Below are positions 51,514 through 61,195 of a stretch of DNA of 64,000 bases, in pieces (within the stretch, counting starts at the first letter, position 1; the number at the start of each line of letters is the position of its first letter). Under the pieces are notes generated by a model. The model was not told the origin of the DNA, did not search any database, and worked only from the letters and a program-made list of their open reading frames with translations. Origin of the DNA: Nemertoderma westbladi (taxonomy: Eukaryota > Animalia > Xenacoelomorpha); NCBI GenBank assembly GCA_032718475.1, contig JAUCBJ010001234.1, forward strand, positions 1 through 64,000, given 5' to 3'. Made by a program: the position numbers and the translations under genes.

Positions 51514-54500
51514 ATGTCTGACACTCAGCAAACCCTGTCAGACAGCCTAATCGATACAACCATCTGTGACACAGATAGGAGTGTTGAGCGATTAAGAAAG
51601 GAGTTCAGCTCACCTCCTACTGAAAGAAAAGTCATCCCTCCAGTAGTGATATCGGACCCTAAGCTAATCCAACACCGTAGGTCCATCATCGGCACTCGGG
51701 CTCAAGTCAAACGGAACCAGGAAGCAGCTGTCCCACAGCAGCAACAGCCTAGTCAAGAAACTTGTTCCCAGCGATCAGATAGCTCCAGTAGTTCGGATAC
51801 TGTCGAACTGACCCCCGAACGTGGATTGCAGATGACAGCTAAAGCTTACTCGGACCCCCTTCTCACCCTTCCTGCCGCAGTGCTAACAACTATATTGATT
51901 GCGGTGGAAGAACATCAAGCAGATTGGGTGAGAAATAAGCGAGCGACCCAAGATAATTATGCGGGATACGCCAGGGAAGAATTGATGTCTATTGTCGAGT
52001 CACAATGGAACTTTCCCGGACCCGGACTCCCGTTGGATCTGTCCGAGGCTACTTGGGAAGATATACACAGGATGGGAGTGGCTAAAGATACGATGGATCC
52101 AGCTGTTTGGAAGAGGTCGGCAGCAGGATATGTGCAGGGATTCTTCGGCTCCTTAGAGAGATTAGAAGAACAACTGTTTCGACAACCACAAGGACCTCAA
52201 GAGCAGGAAGAACTGCTATATCAAGTACGCGAAAGAACCCTACGCATTCGACTAATCCTATCAGCTTTTGAGGAAACTTCCAAAAGAAGACAGGACACGT
52301 CACTGCAGGTTGCTGTCAAAACTTGGTTCCAGCGGATAGGTCTCCAAATCCAAGAAACAGACCAGTGGAAATCCCAGCTGTCTGAGAGACTAACTTATGA
52401 AGAACCAACCGATGCCACCCTTTCTCAAGTGGAAGGCGAAGAGACCTCAGAGAAACCACGAGCGAGAGACGCCATAGACATTTACCTGTCCGACTATCAG
52501 CGATTCCTAGGAGACGAAGAATTGAGGAGACGGCTGTCTGGACTTTCCCCCAATAGTGAAGGAACCCAGCGTGTGTTAGATTCAATCGATGCTGAAATGT
52601 TAGCTGCTAACCAAGCAGAATTTGATGAAAAACTCCGCCTCGCTAGAGTCCAAGAAGAAAAAGTAAAGAAAAGACGGATAGAGGAACAAAAGGCGGCGGC
52701 TACGGCAGAAGCAGAAGTAGAAAGAAAAGCAGCGGCGGCAGAAGCAAAGGCGGAAAGAGCAGTGGCAGAAGCAGAACGGAGAGCATTTGAGCAGACTACC
52801 CAACTGGAGTTGGACAATCTGCAAGAGACGCAAGACAACATAAATAAACAGTTAACTGCTAGTCACATGCAGATGATGAGAAAATCTACTCCCAAACGCC
52901 AGGGATACACATCCTCGGAAGAAAGTGAAACCACCGATCCTGAAGGCGGAGGAAATAGATCTCGTCTAAGCAGGCGTAGAAAAACATCTCATCGTCACAA
53001 ATTGCCTGATTTGCCCCCAGCTGTTAGAAGACAACTAGCAAGCACAGACTTAGCGAGTACGGAACCCACATACCAAACTATTCAGGTCAAAAGACTCCCT
53101 ACAATAGTTGATGAGCCTGAAATAATTAGGCCTGTCGTTTCCAAAGTCACACCTGTGCTAGAGACCCCTGTATTTCCAGAGCTTAACTCTAAGTTCCCTT
53201 TACACAGTACTACACCGCCTGTACCCGGTAGAACAGTCCATGAGAATATCCCTATCCTGGAAGCTGAGAGAGACATCAAAGATTTGTCTCCCGTCGTCCC
53301 ACGTCAGCCCGCTACAATGTTGGCGACTCCCGCTTCGGCGGTCGAGTGGGTAGAGGAGGGACGGCGGGGGATGAATCTCCTGCTCGGACAGATGCAGGAG
53401 ACTGTCCACCAGCTTAAGGGAACAGTAAGGGAAGGTAGAGCAGAGTTGCAAGAAGTGCAGCAAAGTATCGCGCTAGAACGCGACAAATTAGTCAATATCC
53501 AAAAGGGGATACCAATACCCCCTGTAAAATTGTGTCAACCTGTTAGGTCTGAAGTATTACATGCGCAAGGTGTGGAGCCTACACGCATCTATACTGCTAG
53601 TGAAGTAGAAACTCCTATAGCAAACCCTATTAAGGGTGATTATAGACCTGTTATTAATGATATTCCCTATAGACCTGATACTGATCCGAGAAATTTATAT
53701 ACCGATAATTCGATATTAAATAACACGATGGCCCAAGAAAGCTTTACGCGGCAGATGGCTAGAACAGAAGCCCGCCAAGCGGTCAAAGTGGGAGAGATCG
53801 TCAAATTCAATGGAGATGAGATGAAATGGTTACCTTTCAACGAATATTACAAAGACAGCATACAGAACTCTGTGCTATCTAACGGAGAGAAACTTAGGTT
53901 CCTCATCAAGTGCTTGGAAGGACCTCCCAAGTTAATGGCGTTAAAGTTTATTGGACATCCAGAAGGATTAAGACAAGTATGGGATACATTAAACATCAGG
54001 TATGGTAATAAGGATAACATAGCTAAGTATTTGTATGCAAAATTAGTAGCCCCCCGACACTTCCTTAGTAGCGGGATTATAGAGTTTTCCGATGAAATTC
54101 AGGAGATCTGTAGACAATTGGACTGGTTGGGTAAGTCTTATGAATATCAGAGTTCAATGGTTATTGGAGCCGTAGTCTCTACTTTACCAAAAGGTGGAGT
54201 ATGTACACGCTGGGACAAGAAAGTGTTGTACATGAATGAACAACAACGACGAAGTCCTACCATGGCTGATCTCATGTCCTTCTTAGATGGTGAGGTAAAA
54301 CTACAACTCATCAAGCAGTCCAGAGAGAAAACATCGGAAAATAAGGTAAGTGAGAAACCCGCTTCTAGGAGAAGAATAACACCGGTGTGTTACACTGACG
54401 ACGGCGAAAGCCAAGTTTCTCAAGAAGAGGACAGCGGGAAAGATACTGAGCGATCTTACTACGTCGAAAAAACCTCAAAAGATGTAAGTAAATACAAGGC

Positions 54501-57471
54501 TCGAAACAACGATAGGAGAGAACAGGTTGCTAAGACCCCTCCTCAGTCTCCTAACAGAATGCACCGAAGAAAACCCGAAGAAAGAACGAGAGTGCATCAA
54601 GTTACCCAAGGTAAAGTGAGTAACATAAAACCTAACTGTGCGCTGTGCGACAGGACCCACCGTTTGAGTACGTGTGCTGAATTTCTAAAGAAATCCCTTG
54701 TAGACAGACGTGCAGTTGTGTGGGACAAGCGGTTATGCTATAATTGCCTCAGACCAGGACACCAACGGCGAACCTGTTACTCCGACATAAAGTGTGCAAA
54801 GTGTGGCGCGAAACATCACATCTTGTTACACAGTGAGTTTGAACGAGACAAACAGAGTCAGGTAAGTGAGCCCGAACTACATGTCCAATTCAGTGATGTA
54901 AATGACACTGATCAGGAGTCTGAGATGGAAGGATTCTATACTGACGAATTCTCCAACGCCAACGAATCCTGTTATCTAATCAATACCGCAGTGTATCGAG
55001 CACTTACTTATGAAAAGGTCACCAATGATGAGTTTCCCCCAACTACTTTTGCCAAACAACCCTCTTGGAAAGCTCCAACCTCCAACGTAGGAATCAGAGA
55101 ATTTCCTGTGGTGCAGGTAAGAGTTCATGGTCTTAATAAAAGTTACATAGTGAACGCCCTCCTTGACTCTGGCAGCACAGGAACATTCATCGATCAAGAA
55201 TTAGCCGAGGATATCTTTGCTGGACAACCCAAATTCCGGACTAAATTGAATATGTCAGGAATTATGCAGGTTTGGAAATCTACCTTAACGGCAGATTACT
55301 ATGTAGGTGTGTTGTCCACCCCCCAGGATAAGTTAGGAACACAAGGTATAAGGTCGGTAAAAATGGTGGCTATAAAGAACTTCGCTACTACTCAAGCAGA
55401 CCTTTATAATTGGGACGAGGATGAGAGCATCCAACATCTTGAGATACCTCGATTCCAGACAGATTATCCTGGAGTGCAAATCCTCATCGGCCAGAACGCG
55501 CATGAGGCGCTCGAAACATTGGAGAAACGGCCTGCTCAACCACAGCCACTGCAAACCTATGCAGTAAGAACTAGAGTAGGTTGGTACTTTACTGGCCCTT
55601 CCCGCAGGACTCTCGAAGAGAGAATGCCACAAGAACACACATACCAAGTACACGATTGGGAAGTGGAGAGCAGTGAGGTGGACGAACTAACTGAGGGAAC
55701 ACCATACTCCTCAGATAATGACGACATCTACCAACTCTTCGATGAAGAGAATACAATCGACCTACTTACAGAAAACCAAACTTGGAAAAGTCAGGTGAAC
55801 CTTTGTCAACTGATTCACCCATCGGAACCCATCGCTTACAATGACGAACTAAACGATGAGATAGAGCGCTACAACGCTAGAACTCGGGACGAACTAGCTG
55901 TACGATTCTTTACTCAGGAACTGGTAGAGCCCAATTCATATGATAAGGCTCTATCGATAGAAGAAGAAAGAGCCAAGCAAATCCAGGAAACAACTACACG
56001 TTTTTTAAAGGACCAAGGTAGGTATGAAATCGGCCTACCATTTCGAAAACGAGAACCTAGATTTATAAATAACAGACCCTTGGCAGAGAAAAGAATCGCT
56101 CAATTATATCGACGCCTTACAGCTAATGCTTCAGCGAAAGAAATGTACCAAACTCAGCTGAAGAAATTTATAACAAAGGGATACGCGGAGCGAGTACCGG
56201 AAGGAACACCAGTGACTGAGAGAACGTATTACTTAACACATCATTACGTTCCCAAACCCGGTAAACCCCATGAAGTCCGAGTCGTATTTGATGGCTCTGC
56301 GCTATATATGGGCCAATCCCTCAATTCCGAGTTGTTACCAGGACCCAACTTACTCCAATCTTTGTTGGGAATACTATTAAGATTAAGACAATATTCCATC
56401 GCGTTCGCTTCTGATATAGAAGGAATGTTCTTACAAGTCAAGGCGCTGGATAGAGATAGAGATAGCCTGAGATTTCTGTGGTGGCCTGAAGGAGACCTCA
56501 ACCAGAAACCGGTAGAGTACTGGATGACCATCCAGGCTTTTGGGATCATATCAAGCCCTTCCAATGCCTGCTCCGTGGTGCGAACCACTGCGAATGACAA
56601 CCGAGACTCCTTCTCCAAAGAAGTGATAGACAACATAAAACGCAATATATACATGGACGACAATTTAAGGTCCCTTCCATCAGTAGAAGAAGCCATAGCT
56701 GTCGCGAAAGGAACGGTAGAGTGTTTGAAAAGAGGTGGATTTCGACTGACGAAATTCACTAGCAACTCCCGTGAGTTTCTGGAAGCCATACCGGTAGAAG
56801 ATCGCGGAGCAAAAGACCTAGACTTAATAAAGGACGATCTTCCTGAAACCAAGACGCTAGGCTTGAAGTGGGACACTGAAAGAGACATCCTGTTTTTTCA
56901 GTTGAAACAGCGAGATAATCCAGTTCGGACCAAACGGATTTGTTTAAGTATCCTGAGCACTTATTTCGACCCATTGGGATTTATTAGCCCAGTTATATTG
57001 ATTGCTCGGAGTTTAGTACAGCAGATGTGGCTTGAAAACCACTCATGGGACAATCCGCTTAAGGGAGAATTGTTGAAGAAATGGATGAAATGGGAAGATT
57101 CTCTACCTGCCATCGAGAACTTTATAATTTCCCGTGCATATTTTGGCCATGTTCTTCCTACGTATTCCTATCAACTCCATGTGTTTGGAGACGCCAGCGA
57201 TATGGGAATAGGTATAGTAGCATATCTGCGAGTCGAAACTCCGGATGGAATCAAGGTCGCCTTGGTTACCTCTAAGGCATTGATTAACAACAAGATAAAG
57301 GTTCCTCGAGCGGAGTTAAAGGCGGCTTTATACGCTACAGCCATCGGCCGGAACATAACGGAACAAATCGACTATCCACTGGAGAAAACGGTTTATTGGA
57401 CCGACGCTTTACTCGTGTTGGAGTATCTCACGAAGTCTGTCAGTTTAGCGTTTTTGTTACTAACCGAGTAG
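51514..57471 (+). CDS. BEL/Pao Gag-protease-RT-RNase H (N-terminal part of the polyprotein)
   Basis: Gag FNGDEMKWLPF, triple zinc knuckle (CALCDRTH..C, CYNCLRPGH..C, CAKCGAKHHILLH), protease ALLDSGS, RT RVVFDGS..SDIEGMFLQV..YMDD, and RNase H LHVFGDAS..PRAEL..YWTD. Confidence 0.96.
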   Translation: MSDTQQTLSDSLIDTTICDTDRSVERLRKEFSSPPTERKVIPPVVISDPKLIQHRRSIIGTRAQVKRNQEAAVPQQQQPSQETCSQRSDSSSSSDTVELTPERGLQMTAKAYSDPLLTLPAAVLTTILIAVEEHQADWVRNKRATQDNYAGYAREELMSIVESQWNFPGPGLPLDLSEATWEDIHRMGVAKDTMDPAVWKRSAAGYVQGFFGSLERLEEQLFRQPQGPQEQEELLYQVRERTLRIRLILSAFEETSKRRQDTSLQVAVKTWFQRIGLQIQETDQWKSQLSERLTYEEPTDATLSQVEGEETSEKPRARDAIDIYLSDYQRFLGDEELRRRLSGLSPNSEGTQRVLDSIDAEMLAANQAEFDEKLRLARVQEEKVKKRRIEEQKAAATAEAEVERKAAAAEAKAERAVAEAERRAFEQTTQLELDNLQETQDNINKQLTASHMQMMRKSTPKRQGYTSSEESETTDPEGGGNRSRLSRRRKTSHRHKLPDLPPAVRRQLASTDLASTEPTYQTIQVKRLPTIVDEPEIIRPVVSKVTPVLETPVFPELNSKFPLHSTTPPVPGRTVHENIPILEAERDIKDLSPVVPRQPATMLATPASAVEWVEEGRRGMNLLLGQMQETVHQLKGTVREGRAELQEVQQSIALERDKLVNIQKGIPIPPVKLCQPVRSEVLHAQGVEPTRIYTASEVETPIANPIKGDYRPVINDIPYRPDTDPRNLYTDNSILNNTMAQESFTRQMARTEARQAVKVGEIVKFNGDEMKWLPFNEYYKDSIQNSVLSNGEKLRFLIKCLEGPPKLMALKFIGHPEGLRQVWDTLNIRYGNKDNIAKYLYAKLVAPRHFLSSGIIEFSDEIQEICRQLDWLGKSYEYQSSMVIGAVVSTLPKGGVCTRWDKKVLYMNEQQRRSPTMADLMSFLDGEVKLQLIKQSREKTSENKVSEKPASRRRITPVCYTDDGESQVSQEEDSGKDTERSYYVEKTSKDVSKYKARNNDRREQVAKTPPQSPNRMHRRKPEERTRVHQVTQGKVSNIKPNCALCDRTHRLSTCAEFLKKSLVDRRAVVWDKRLCYNCLRPGHQRRTCYSDIKCAKCGAKHHILLHSEFERDKQSQVSEPELHVQFSDVNDTDQESEMEGFYTDEFSNANESCYLINTAVYRALTYEKVTNDEFPPTTFAKQPSWKAPTSNVGIREFPVVQVRVHGLNKSYIVNALLDSGSTGTFIDQELAEDIFAGQPKFRTKLNMSGIMQVWKSTLTADYYVGVLSTPQDKLGTQGIRSVKMVAIKNFATTQADLYNWDEDESIQHLEIPRFQTDYPGVQILIGQNAHEALETLEKRPAQPQPLQTYAVRTRVGWYFTGPSRRTLEERMPQEHTYQVHDWEVESSEVDELTEGTPYSSDNDDIYQLFDEENTIDLLTENQTWKSQVNLCQLIHPSEPIAYNDELNDEIERYNARTRDELAVRFFTQELVEPNSYDKALSIEEERAKQIQETTTRFLKDQGRYEIGLPFRKREPRFINNRPLAEKRIAQLYRRLTANASAKEMYQTQLKKFITKGYAERVPEGTPVTERTYYLTHHYVPKPGKPHEVRVVFDGSALYMGQSLNSELLPGPNLLQSLLGILLRLRQYSIAFASDIEGMFLQVKALDRDRDSLRFLWWPEGDLNQKPVEYWMTIQAFGIISSPSNACSVVRTTANDNRDSFSKEVIDNIKRNIYMDDNLRSLPSVEEAIAVAKGTVECLKRGGFRLTKFTSNSREFLEAIPVEDRGAKDLDLIKDDLPETKTLGLKWDTERDILFFQLKQRDNPVRTKRICLSILSTYFDPLGFISPVILIARSLVQQMWLENHSWDNPLKGELLKKWMKWEDSLPAIENFIISRAYFGHVLPTYSYQLHVFGDASDMGIGIVAYLRVETPDGIKVALVTSKALINNKIKVPRAELKAALYATAIGRNITEQIDYPLEKTVYWTDALLVLEYLTKSVSLAFLLLTE

Positions 57472-59531
57472 CTATTATTCTTAGTCGCACAAAGATAGAT
57501 CAATGGAGACATTGCCCTGGTACGATTAATCCAGCCGATATCGCCTCCAGGGGAGCAACTCCACAGGAACTGATAGATACCCCAGATTGGTTGGGTGGAC
57601 CCGACTTCCTGAGCAAGGAAGAGGATGAATGGCCTCCTCACCTTACTACGGCAGAGATTAGACAAGCCAAGGGAGCGGAGACAGTCAAACCTAAAACCCG
57701 GGCGAGTAAATCGAAGTTGTTTAAACCGACTATCGATCTATCTGTATTACATACTTCCGGGAATGATGCTTCGGATCCACAATCCCTCAACACAAATAAG
57801 TCTGTTGTGGAAATTAGAGATAGAGATTGGAAATCTGGAATACCAGACGTCTCGCAGGGAATCTCACCCATGCTGCAGAGAGCAATGCATCATTACAGTT
57901 CCTGGAATCGGCTCTGTAAAGCCGTCACATATTTAAGACGATGTTTTCATCATCACTGCTCCAGGACGAAGACCATTAATGATCACGCTCCATTGACATC
58001 TGCACAAGTTCATGTTATTAAGAATTTACCCAAATATAGGATATCTGATCGTTTTCTAAAAGAGAAAATTAGTCACCAGGAGTATGAAGAAACAAATAAA
58101 CAGATACTGAGACTCCTGCAATGCTATGAGGATTCCGAAAAGTACTTCCTGTTGTTGAGAAATCCACAGATGCGCTTAAGGGATCGATTCTCGAGCACAA
58201 TGATAGATGGGTTAATACGTGTTGGAGGAAGACTCACCAACGCGCCCTTATCCTTTGACACCAAATTCCCCATACTTATTAGAAATCTTGAAGTACAAAT
58301 CAAGATGATTGTAGACGTTCACTGTAAACTTTACCATGCTGGTAGAGAACGAATTCTTAGCGAAATTCGAACTCGCTATTATTTTGATAAACCCCGTAGA
58401 GCTCTGAACCAAGTTCTTAGGAACTGCATACCCTGTAGGAAAGCATTCAGTAGGCCTTTAACACAGCGAGAGGCAGAATTACCTAGGGAACGAGTAAGCT
58501 TCTATGAACCACCTTTTACTAATACTGGTGTAGATTTATTTGGCCCTATTGAAGTATATCGTGCGAGGACTATAGTCAAGAGATGGTGTGTCATCTTCGT
58601 GTGCATGACTTGTAGAGCCATCCATCTCGATATGGTGAACGATCTATCTACTAACAGCTTCGTCTTAAGTTTACGACGACAGATCGCTCGCTTCGGGACG
58701 AGTAATACCATGAGATCGGATAAAGGAACGAACTTCATAGGTGCCAACAACGAGATACAGGCTTACGTGAAGGACTGGAATCAAAGACAGGTGGACGACC
58801 AGCTAAGGATAACAGCGTCTAGCTGGACCTTCAACGCTGCCGACGCCCCTTGGTGGGGAGGAAGTTGGGAGAGATTAATTCGAAGTGTCAAAACCGCATT
58901 TCACTTTATAGTGCCATGCCGCGCGTATCTCACCGACGAACTTTTGCGGACGTTAATGGAGGAAATCGCTGCCTATCTCAACGAGAGACCGCTTATGCCA
59001 GTCTCATCGAGTCCCGATTCCCTGGAAGCGCTAACACCCGCGCACTTCCTACTGAAGAAACCCGTAGCCATGCTCCCACGATCGGAGATTGCCGACGGAG
59101 ACGAATACTGCCGTCGAACTTGGCAACTTATGCAGTTGCTATCCCGTCGTTTCGCTGACCATTTCGAGAAACATTATCTGCCCACGCTACAACTTCGAAC
59201 TAAGTGGTTTGCGCAGCAAGAAAACGTCAGCGCCGGAGATATGGTGCTTATTGTAGATCCAGACCTCCCACGTAAACGGTGGCAGACAGGTCGTATCATC
59301 GAGACACACATTTCAGATGATGGTTTAGTACGCTCAGTAGAACTCATCGTCATGCGGCGTAACTTCAAGAAACCAGGCATCATCTTTGAGACGCAACAAC
59401 TCAATCGCCCAGTTGGTCGTTTATGTTTACTGGAAAGAGACAGAGAACTCTCCGGGAACTATGGAAGGCAAGACACTCTTCCCACGACCACCTCCCTAAT
59501 TCCTCAAACATCTAGGGACTCCCTAACGTGA
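57396..59531 (+). CDS. BEL/Pao RNase H C-terminus and integrase (frameshifted continuation of the polyprotein)
   Basis: FVTNRV..WRHCPGTINPADIASRG, an HHCC zinc finger, and the DDE core TGVDLFGP..SDKGTNF..GGSWERL. The frame changes near 57430-57440. Confidence 0.95.
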   Translation: MDRRFTRVGVSHEVCQFSVFVTNRVAIILSRTKIDQWRHCPGTINPADIASRGATPQELIDTPDWLGGPDFLSKEEDEWPPHLTTAEIRQAKGAETVKPKTRASKSKLFKPTIDLSVLHTSGNDASDPQSLNTNKSVVEIRDRDWKSGIPDVSQGISPMLQRAMHHYSSWNRLCKAVTYLRRCFHHHCSRTKTINDHAPLTSAQVHVIKNLPKYRISDRFLKEKISHQEYEETNKQILRLLQCYEDSEKYFLLLRNPQMRLRDRFSSTMIDGLIRVGGRLTNAPLSFDTKFPILIRNLEVQIKMIVDVHCKLYHAGRERILSEIRTRYYFDKPRRALNQVLRNCIPCRKAFSRPLTQREAELPRERVSFYEPPFTNTGVDLFGPIEVYRARTIVKRWCVIFVCMTCRAIHLDMVNDLSTNSFVLSLRRQIARFGTSNTMRSDKGTNFIGANNEIQAYVKDWNQRQVDDQLRITASSWTFNAADAPWWGGSWERLIRSVKTAFHFIVPCRAYLTDELLRTLMEEIAAYLNERPLMPVSSSPDSLEALTPAHFLLKKPVAMLPRSEIADGDEYCRRTWQLMQLLSRRFADHFEKHYLPTLQLRTKWFAQQENVSAGDMVLIVDPDLPRKRWQTGRIIETHISDDGLVRSVELIVMRRNFKKPGIIFETQQLNRPVGRLCLLERDRELSGNYGRQDTLPTTTSLIPQTSRDSLT

Positions 59532-61195
59532 TACGTCTGGAGTGGGTGTATGACTATATTATTTTATCTATTTGTTATATTTTTATATGTGAACTTTATT
59601 ATGTACTTTATTATAATCGTTTTTATTCAATTTTATTTAGTAGAATGTTATTTTTAGTGATTATTTAGTAGATTAGTGCAATATATTAGTGTTTATTACG
59701 TACGTAATTACTTATAATATATTTAGTGCGACGGCGAGAAATAATTTTTTCTCTTTCCTTACTGTCTGTATCATATTATAAATACGTGACTACAGTAAGA
59801 TGAAATGTCCGTACTTATTAAAGTACAATAAAAGCCACTACTATATTTAAGTATTATTGGTAGGCAGAGTATTAGGAATGCAAAGTTCAGATCCTCGTGT
59901 CTCGGCTAAACCAAGCTCTGGGTAGACCTTGGAAACGACTTGCCTCTTCACACTGACATTGCTTCGTGCGATATTGCTCTTCTACCTTATATTAAATAAT
60001 ACATATAGTAGCGTGATGTCCATATAACAGTAGCGTAAAACGCAAATAAATCTGTTAAACCTTTTGACCATCTGTAATTCTAGTCGATTAAGATATCGCG
60101 GCACCCACCGATATACTTGAAAGACAAATTCTAGAATCAGTGGTTAACGTCACCAGACAAGTTCTGGAATAAATCGGTGCCCATCTTAAATATTAATTTA
60201 ATATTTATTAAAATCTGTAAAATTCAGATCCGTTAACAATTCTAGTCGATTAAGATATCGTAGCACTTCCCGATACTCTTAAAAGACAAATTTCATAGAA
60301 TTAAGGATCCTATGTCCCCAGACCTGCTCTGGAATCAAATTGTGTCAATTTTAACATCAAATAATAAAATTCACGGGAATAAATTTAAATTCATATTTTA
60401 AATGAATTTCATAAATTGTCATTTTGTACAATTTATAACATTCCCAAAATTCCATTAATTAATAGATCATGGGAGCGGAGATTCATCCTGTTGAGTGTAT
60501 TAGAGTGCGAGAATCTCCAACATATAGTCAATAGCCGATAAAATTAACAAAATCATGCATAAAGAGGATATTGACAATTAAAGAATTATTATTAAATAGC
60601 ATCCCAGATCTGTATGCATGAGAATTACCCTAATTCTACCGCTAGCATTCCATAATGTCACCATAGCAACACCCACGCTAGAATTAGAAGCAAGTAAGAG
60701 AACAATAGAAAGCTTGTCACATTGCATAGCATAGAGAATACATAGCACACTGTTAGTATCCAAGGATACACAGTAATAACGTGACATTCTGGAAGGCACT
60801 GACTAACGGACAAATGGCCTGTATGTGTACAATTGGTGACAGTTGTGTGGAATTTGTGCGTTTATAGGTGAATGTTACTGCTAAAGTATGTTTACAGTAG
60901 CTAGTCGCAATTGTAAAAATAGCCCAACTCTCCTATAGATAGAACCTAAGTGGATCCAAGCCTTTGGGACGGACAGTGGAGTGACTTGTGCCGGTTATCG
61001 TTGTCGTGCTGTTGCTACATGTTGGCGTAAACACCGCGACGACGGTACATCGGCGCTGAGAATCCCACTGTCCGGGGGCAAAGAAAAGTAGGCAGCGACG
61101 CCCGCTCGCCTAAATACAAACTTATTTGATATTAATAAACTCAGATAGCAGATATGACGGAGTTAATAGAAGATGATCTTGGTATTAGGGAGTGA

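Noticed and set aside
61193-61195. Second selenocysteine codon, in the cargo ORF
   Set aside because: There is no redox-motif context and no SECIS visible within the window. A point mutation is the simpler explanation.
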